A DNA stretch of 30,859 nt from Priapulus caudatus (Eukaryota), in the NCBI RefSeq assembly GCF_000485595.1, contig NW_014577077.1, positions 156,471 through 187,329 on the forward strand, in the 5' to 3' direction. Each line of letters opens with the position of its first letter. The first letter of the stretch is position 1. A model generated the notes under the pieces. That model searched no databases. It was not told the origin of the DNA and saw only the letters and a list, made by a program, of their open reading frames with translations. This document shows, in pieces, positions 23,096-30,859 of the stretch. Position numbers and translations under genes: made by a program.

Positions 23096-23922
23096 TGTAC
23101 CCACTGTGCTACTGTGTCAAACTGATTAAAGTAATACAAACAGTAGAAATATAAACATTGTTCAGATTCATTAATAACTTTATGTTGTGACTCGCATTTA
23201 AAATTCAGCTCTAAAATCGTGGCATTTCGCATCCGGCACGATTGCATCTTTCACTGTGACTGCACAGACTTTCGCTGAATGGATTTGCTACAGATTGTTG
23301 TACCAACAGCACGGAACTCGACATGAAATATGCACTAACACACTACGAAACAATGCTGCACATACGACATGAAAGCACGTGTACGCATATCGTCTGGAAT
23401 CTTCTTGTTTACAATACGAGGGCATTTAATGAACGACCAGGAGACCCGGCGTCTAGAATCAACTTGCTGTCAATTGCACTATACGAGCCGCATTAGAAAT
23501 GCACAGTTTTGCATATCGAACACGATAGAGATGAAGCCAAAGCTACATCAATAAAATGTGGGGACAGACAATAACCACATTAAAAATCAGAACGAACCCG
23601 GCAAACGGATTCGGCTTACAGAGACGAGTTGTTTCACTGCTAAAGGTTTTGCCGCGAAAGTATGACAAACTTTATTTAGATAGATGATTTCTTAATAATA
23701 AAGAGTGATATAGCATAGTAAGAAACTGATTTTATAGATGAAATTTATTGCCGACTGTATAAACGTTGTTGGAAAAACAGCCCGTTTGTTATGCTGATTG
23801 CAAGACGACAACCGGTAACTGTATTAGTTATACGCCTAGAAAGAAGGTAAGAAATAAGATATAGGTTTGAACTCGGTTGCCATGGCAAAATTATGATACG
23901 AACGACATGAAAACAATCGCCA

Positions 23923-24290
23923 AACGAACGCCAATTACGGCGTCGCACGGGCAACAACACTATATTGCGCGTAACCTCGTAAATATTAGTCTTCAAAGTC
24001 CAAGGGACTATAACGAAGACGGAAAGAGACAAAGTTGTTCAAATAGACAGATCGACACTACCGCGGATCGCAGTAGAAAAAGCCTCAAGTTTGCAACTAA
24101 CTAAAGAAGAAGGGTGAGAATTCCAATACGGAATGACAGAGACAAAGAAGCTAAACCGAAAGGGATCCTTTAAAGATGACACGTGTCGAAAGCAATGATC
24201 ACGCTCAGATGATCGAGTGCAACGAACATGCTTCATCAAGCAAGAGGATATGCTAATCTTCACATGCCCGTGAAAAATGTTATGAATTGC
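23923..24290 (-). mobile_element. 5'-truncated LINE (CR1/L2/Daphne group): ORF2 C-terminus plus 3' UTR
   Basis: Minus-strand translation IHNIFHGHVKI...FRFSFFVSVIPYWNSHPSSLV..LEAF, with the stop ending at 24039, matches the conserved F..SFF.R.I..WN.LP terminal motif. The 3' UTR is shared with the 19484 copy. Confidence 0.85.
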
Positions 24291-25086
24291 TTACAACAAC
24301 GCCATCGGTGTTGGGCGGGGGCGTTTAATTACATCAAGCAAAGTTCAGAGACCAAACAAGAAGGTGATCAGCAAGATCAAGGAGTTTAATTGTATTGGCG
24401 GTTTTAATTTATATACACTATTATAGGACTGCTGCCGTCCGAGCATTTTCAGATATAAATTTTACTATTACGTTATTGTGCAAAACAGTAAATAATTTAG
24501 TTTTTCCAATGTACATTGATAAAAAATTATCATGATGTGTGAGAAGGTCATAATGTATATACGAGCAATGTAACAAAAAGGGGCTATACAGAACCATGCA
24601 TTATCAATGACCGAATTTTTGCTTTCCGCGTATTTTCAGTGATCCGATATTCTTGATCTAATATAAAGTGAAACAATATTAGAAACGAAACCAGCCTTGA
24701 ATACGAAATGTACAATCATATATCCGTTAACAAAATGTACCACCGATTACATTTCTAAATCAGATTTGCTTGAATTCAATTGCAGGAATTAATCCTCAAC
24801 CAAGTACTGTGGAGGATACTAATAATTTATCGTAGTGATTGAATCAGTCTCATAAAACGTACTGCAAAAAAGTGATGATAAAATTGACAGCAAACTGGTA
24901 ATTTAGGTGGGTATAAATTACGCAATAATTCGTTGTTTCTTTTCCATAAAAAATTTGTTTTTTAAGCTAATCATGCATACAAGTACGCCTGCTGATGCAG
25001 CGATATTGTCAGATGGAACTAGACGCACTAATCTGTATAGACTTCTAAATAGCTACCTTTGCAATCATCTCATATACTAGAGTCTC

Positions 25087-25459
25087 TAGTGGTGGGCAAA
25101 CTTTTCAAAGCGAGGGCCGCATCAGTGGGCCATGAAAAGTCAAAGGGCCGCACCTTTTAAAATCGGGCAGTGCGCTCTAAGATAATACGTGCGTTTCGCC
25201 TCAAGGGCGCCATCTCTGGACCATAATTAGCTGAAATGGCGTTGCAGAGCGAAACCAGAGACAATAGAACACTAATCTGTATGACACTGAAAAAGTCAGC
25301 CTCGGTTCAAGCACAAACATGTTGACTTTCACAAAAATTTATTGATTTAAAAAAACAAAACATTTTTTTATTTTTTTATATGCTGCAGGCTTCCGCGGGC
25401 CGCACAGAACCCCGTAGAGAGCCGCATGCGGCCCGCGGGCCGCAGTTTGCCCACCCCTG
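25087..25459. mobile_element. hAT (Charlie-like) MITE, 373 bp
   Basis: TIRs TAGTGGTGGGCAAACT (25087-25102) and AGTTTGCCCACCCCTG (25444-25459), matching at 14 of 16 positions. Multiple subterminal GGGCCGC motifs and the palindrome GCGGCCCGCGGGCCGC are typical of Charlie-type ends. An 8-bp TSD is not cleanly resolved. Confidence 0.85.
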
Positions 25460-25924
25460 TAACTAGACAGAACCCACGATACAGCAGTCAACTAAACTGA
25501 AGTAAATGGCTGAAGAATGAAATGTCAGCAGTTCTTACCGCCACAAACGGAAAAACGCAATGAGAAGTGTACGGACACATGAAAACGATGATTTACTGAA
25601 GAATAGACTTAATAGCGAGGAACCACGTAAAATTTTCCACTGATACCCTGAATACATCTATTAAACGTTCCTAGGTTGATAGCAGTGGATTCGGCAAGGG
25701 GCAATTGCATTATATCCAGATGAGACTGGCAGATGCTTTCATCTCAATGAAATCCCATGTAATAGCTTTGTACAACGGTCTGGAACATTTTTTTCAGCTT
25801 CCCGAGTTAAGCTCCTTGCCAGCAACATTACCTGCGATCCCAATAATTTTTGCAATTGCACTTTAGCACCAAACCCGCCTGCATTTTGACTTATGCAAGC
25901 GCCCAGGTAGTAAGAACATTTCGA

Positions 25925-25987
25925 ATATATATATATATATATATATTATATATAGGCCTATATATATATATATATATGCGTATATAT
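25925..25987. repeat. Interrupted (TA)n microsatellite
   Basis: Directly visible. Confidence 0.9.
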
Positions 25988-28900
25988 CACACTGGTAATA
26001 TTGGTACATTATATGCTATAATTTATAGGACGTCCATAACAGTTAGATGTAATACTAGTCTAAAACTGATTAATGGTGATACTTGTCATTGCATCGATAA
26101 CTGATCGAAAGTTTATTACCAATCTCATTCGAGAAATGAGATATTGTAACACACGATATAACTAATATACAGACAAATGCCTTACGAAATGTCTAGCAGA
26201 GCTATTACCCAATTGCGCAGCACTCGCTTCCGAGTGATTCACCATTTAAGAGGCTATATGTAGGCTTTTATGACGGAATTTCTGGGAACTAAGAATAAAC
26301 GGTCCCCGCCCAGTATTGCCACTGTCGACAAGCTCTTGAAACAACAATTAGTGCCATTCTATAGCCGTTAATATGTGAAGCATCGCACTTTTCATGTTAT
26401 AAAAACATGGGTAATAGAGCTCCTATTCAGGGCGAGCTACTGCGAGCAAGATAATGTCATATCAATAGTTCGACTATTACCACGTGAAAACGCCCTTGTT
26501 CACGCAGTGAATGAATACAGGCTTCACTAACGTCTCTAACGATAGACAACCAACCGCCACGAAAAAGTAAATGCGTGGAAATCCACCACAGGTGGTCATC
26601 CGGTGACATTATATATAAACGCGATTACGAAAATCCGTACTAAGACTTAATGTGCCCTGACATTAAGTGGCGTTTGCATTGATTGGGAAATTTACATTTT
26701 ATAGGCAAATCTAAGAAAAAAACACTTTCAGCACAATTCCACAGAATTCGTACATTTATCAGGGATGACGGAGAATAATATCAGTTTTTTTCAAAATGTT
26801 AGTTGAAGTACATAAACAACGATTTTCATTCGACCTCGGGGCAGAAACTACTAGCGTGATTTCAACAGCCCATGGCTGCATGCAAATGATCTTAGTCTTG
26901 CAAAATAAAAATAAATAAATGATTTGCACAAAATACATTATACTGATTACTTACATCGGTGGGACTTGTTTGCTGACGGAAAGAAATACATATAAACATG
27001 CGCATATATATATATATATATATTCTTTTTTCCTATATACGCCAGTAACTAAAACATTTTCGTACCCCTAGTCAATTTTGCCTCCTTGGTATAATTGATA
27101 ATTCAGCCCTACACATACAGGCACACCTAATGGTGTACTCGTATTAGATCATTGTGGCGCGTGCGGGCGCGGGTGCGCACGTTCGTGTATGGTGTGCGCG
27201 CGCGCGTGCGTGCGTGGCACATTTTCTGGTAATGTCTCATTTTTATCTAATGTGAGAATGATTCGGCAATGATACAGATGAAGATGTCTAAATCTTCCGT
27301 GTATATTGAATCGAGAGTGAATCAAAACAATGTGTGTTTATTCACCCCTAACGGAAAGGGTTTTATTCACCCCTACAGCAACATAGACCGCTTCTATATA
27401 GTGACTTGTGACTGCTATTGCACTCGAACGTCTTCGTCTGGAGGTATTCAGGAGAACGGTGATACGCAGACAGCGCATGGATGGGCTTCACTTTTCTCAA
27501 CATTCAACTAACGCTTGCGTCTCAGTCTGCATATTTCACAGCAAACTTGGTTTCCTATATACCATAACATACACATATCTATCTATGTGCCCGCAGCTCA
27601 TGTGCAGACAAAGTACAATATAATCAATCAAAATAGTCTTTAGAACTTCGGACGTAACGATTGGTTGGACATGACCAAGAAAAACCATAGGGTGTTTGTT
27701 TTACCAAAAATACGCAACAGCTAGTAACGGGATCTGAATCTCTTATAATTAAATATGAAGATGACGAGTGGATGGAAACATAAACATAAACAACAAATTA
27801 AAATACAATCTTGCAAGGCTCATGCTAATTCGCAATACAAATGAACTACATTGAAGGCTTTAGAAAAATGATAAAACTGCCACAATTTTATATTGCACAC
27901 CATATAATGAATACAAAAAGGCATCGTTACAATCCTCGCATTAATATAATCAATACAGTTGCCAGTTAGCTAGGTAAATGAATAGACTAGCGAGATTGAA
28001 CGAGATACATAAAATCAGTAATTGCGGCAGCCGGAATTCATGCAAAGAATAAATTTACGATTCAGCGTGGTATAAATATTTTGACCGCTATAGTTACCCA
28101 CACATAAGTACAACTAAATTATATATACTGACCATTTTCATTCCAGTAACACAGACTGAGGTTCCCCATAATATTCTTGCAGTATTCCATCTTGTCCATC
28201 GATGCACTTTATACAGCAATGAGTCGAGTTGACACTATCTCAATGATAACGGTGTGGTTTGTGTAACCACGGGATCCATACCAACACATCCTTAGTGACG
28301 CAAGCATGATCAGTTACACTGATCATTTCTGGCAGTTTTTCCAAACGTCAACGCAGAAACCATGCACATCGAATCACTGTGCCAACAAGGTTCTGCCGTC
28401 CACGTGTACAGTGAGTATATATATAGCATGTTCAATATAAATGCCTCCTGACTCTCGGCAGTCGTTCGGAAACATTCATCTGTGCTCATTCACCATCCCG
28501 TTCTTGACACAACCCTTGTGCAGTTATCTGAATGATTTTCAGCGACAGTCATGAACTTGGGAGTTTCTTGTTGTTACCATAGCAACTGCCAGAGGCAGTT
28601 CTAGTGGTGATCACGGTAAACTTGTCTTCCTACTTGCACACCTCTTACGATATCAGTTCACTCCGAAGGCGTTTTGCCGCTACCTTATGAATTTGTAGGC
28701 GTTCCATATGGAGAACAAAAAGTAATAAAACAACGAAATCCAGCTAGAACCTAACAACGCTATAAACACATCGATTTCTCGCTGTTCTGCTCGCTATAGG
28801 AAAAGCCGGAACCATTGGTGATTCCGGCATACTTGCGTTAGACAGTACGAAGGTGTTGCTAGACGTCCCCCGCTATTAATCTTGAATGAAACACAATTAT

Positions 28901-29771
28901 TGTTCTTGATGGGTAATACAGGCCAGTATGACAGCATCACATGCACGCAACTGAGTTTCTATCTCCAGAAATGTAATGATCAGGTTATAATTGCGCTTGC
29001 AACCAGTCACCGCTGTCAGCTAGTGCAGCAAAGCTAATCAATTATGCACGTACAGTAATGTACATAATCTGTAATTCTTTCAAAACGTTGTGCGCAATAA
29101 AATATCTACGGGAGACGTGTCAACACGAACATATTGACATTTACTTACTTACATGCTGCTGTGGTCATAGTTACCAATGCCAATATGTACTCCTTGGTAA
29201 GTGTGACATTGACACTAAGCCATCTTGTTATTAACACATAGTAATTGTACCACGCCACTGACGTAAGTCATCATGCGGGCTTTTCCTCCCGTCACACACA
29301 CTAGGGTGATCGAGGCATTGGCAAACAACGCATGCACTGCAGCCAAGTACGGCCAACTCTCCATCACACAGCAGCAGATGTGCTCCTGTACAACCGACCA
29401 CACTTCACCTCCGTCTTCGCTAAAATCGAAAAACACTTCCTAATTAATCCTTGCTAGTGAATCGCACGAGAACAATTACGGATACAGTGCTAAACACGAA
29501 TCACTGGTGGATGGGCAGTATTACTCAGCTGAATTCAGAGATAATGGAATGCGCGGAGGCAGACGCGTACGTGCTTGCAGTAGCCAACATCGCGCGCGAA
29601 CGCTATGCGAGCCAATTTCGCAGAAGCACGCGTGTCTCCAGAACGTTGTATATGTGTTCATACATGAATCAATCGTGCCTAACGACATTATCCTGCTGCT
29701 TCAGCGTCACAAACAGGCAAGACGGTCCGCCATGTTAAAACCTCATGATGTGACCTGCCTTAATTACAAAC

Positions 29772-29840
29772 TGTATGTGTGCGTGCGTGTGCGTGTTTGT
29801 GTGCTTGTGTGCGTGCGTGCGTGCATGTGTGTGCGCGCGC
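29772..29840. repeat. (GT)n/(GTGC)n microsatellite
   Basis: Directly visible. Confidence 0.9.
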
Positions 29841-29989
29841 TGCTGCCATTAATGATTGGATAGATCGGCTATGAAGCCGAGTTGAATGATTATTGTTGCC
29901 ATATGCTATTATGAAGCTGAGACGTGTAACTGTCGTGTATGTGATTATGAACCGCGATCTGCATGAGCATGCGTGTCATGTCGTACGCT

Positions 29990-30003
29990 GCACGCACACC
30001 GCA

Positions 30004-30064
<61 letters not shown>

Positions 30065-30125
30065 GCACGCACAGAGGCACGCACGCACGCACACACACAC
30101 GCACGCACGCACGCACACAGGCACG

Positions 30126-30166
<41 letters not shown>

Positions 30167-30236
30167 GCACGCACGCACGCAGGCACGCACGCACACACAC
30201 ACACACACTCACACACACACACACGCACGCACGCAT
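29990..30236. repeat. Compound (GCAC)n/(AC)n microsatellite
   Basis: Directly visible. Confidence 0.95.
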
Positions 30237-30859
30237 ACTCGTTCCTCTACAATGTAGGCCTGTGTTATAGAGAAATAAACCTTCTGTATTTTTTATCCGG
30301 TTCGCCATCAATGTCATCAGACATTCTCGATCGCCTGTTTTGTTCACAGTATCTCGGGAAGAAAAACACATACGGTGTTCAATAATTATGAATCAGGGCC
30401 TAAGCAATATACTGTGCTAATGATATCGATGAACGCCCTGCGTGGATTATGTGCAGATAGTCGTGTTGTATCTCCTCTGTCGTGCTGCTGACCCTCCTGA
30501 TTTAAGTGTTAATTTAGCTCTAGTCTTATATATGGACTTGCGAATATTTTTATTGAATACATAATATTATACTATTTTGTATTGGTTTATGACTTATATT
30601 CACGGTAAAAATGTTGATCTCAAACAAACATGTAATACGCGTATAGTTCAAAGATAATATCGCTTTTGCAGTTGATTACGTAAACATGGCACGCATAAAG
30701 TCGTGATTTTATTTATTCGAAACTTTATTGCTGTAAATGAATATCGCCCTCGTTTCCATTTGTTTTTTCAATTAATTTAGCGACCTTTGACAGGAAATAA
30801 TATTCAGATGCATCTTATACTGTAAATCATTTAAAACGCACACTGATTTGAAAAACTCA

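Larger units (their letters stand above)
29383..30415 (+). pseudogene. Decayed LINE APE endonuclease domain interrupted by microsatellites
   Basis: Motifs appear in canonical order across frames: LLYN..TSVFAKIE, ITDTVLN (29475), DG.YYS.EFRD.GMRGG (RGG at 29552-29560), DGPP (29721-29732), LMIG* (29849-29863), DILDRLF (ILD at 30323-30331) and GLSN. They correspond to N..SL..K.DE, ITETWL, GY..RDR..RGGG, YRPP, GDFN, LD and SDH. Confidence 0.45.

Noticed and set aside
29451..29738. GPCR-like LAVANIARERY segment
   Set aside because: No transmembrane series or clear exon structure. Endonuclease relic motifs fit the region better.

Overview
This window is non-coding DNA from an animal genome, most likely an invertebrate. 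That inference rests on abundant CpG, TTAGGG units, a DINE-1/Helentron-like element and (GCAC)n/(CA)n microsatellites; a lophotrochozoan origin is plausible but unproven. I find no intact protein-coding gene, RNA gene or CRISPR array. Most long ORFs in the track are translations of microsatellites. The window is a mosaic of five components: (1) well-defined non-autonomous DNA transposons (two PIF/Harbinger-like families, a hAT/Charlie-like MITE, a TIR element with a 6-bp TSD, and a DINE-1/HINE-like element with a duplicated terminus); (2) a recurrent element family with TATCAAGAGCGTATAAAGAAGG termini whose ends resemble a tyrosine-recombinase (Crypton-like) site; (3) two nearly identical 3' ends of a young LINE; (4) several very decayed CR1/L2-type LINE ORF2 relics, mostly from the endonuclease domain; (5) many micro- and minisatellites, plus two assembly gaps. 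The most notable signals are the Crypton-like family, a Harbinger-like MITE carrying telomeric repeats with an apparent GCTNAGC target, and minimal hairpin derivatives (46-57 bp) of both families. All family assignments come from reading the sequence by eye; no database search was possible.
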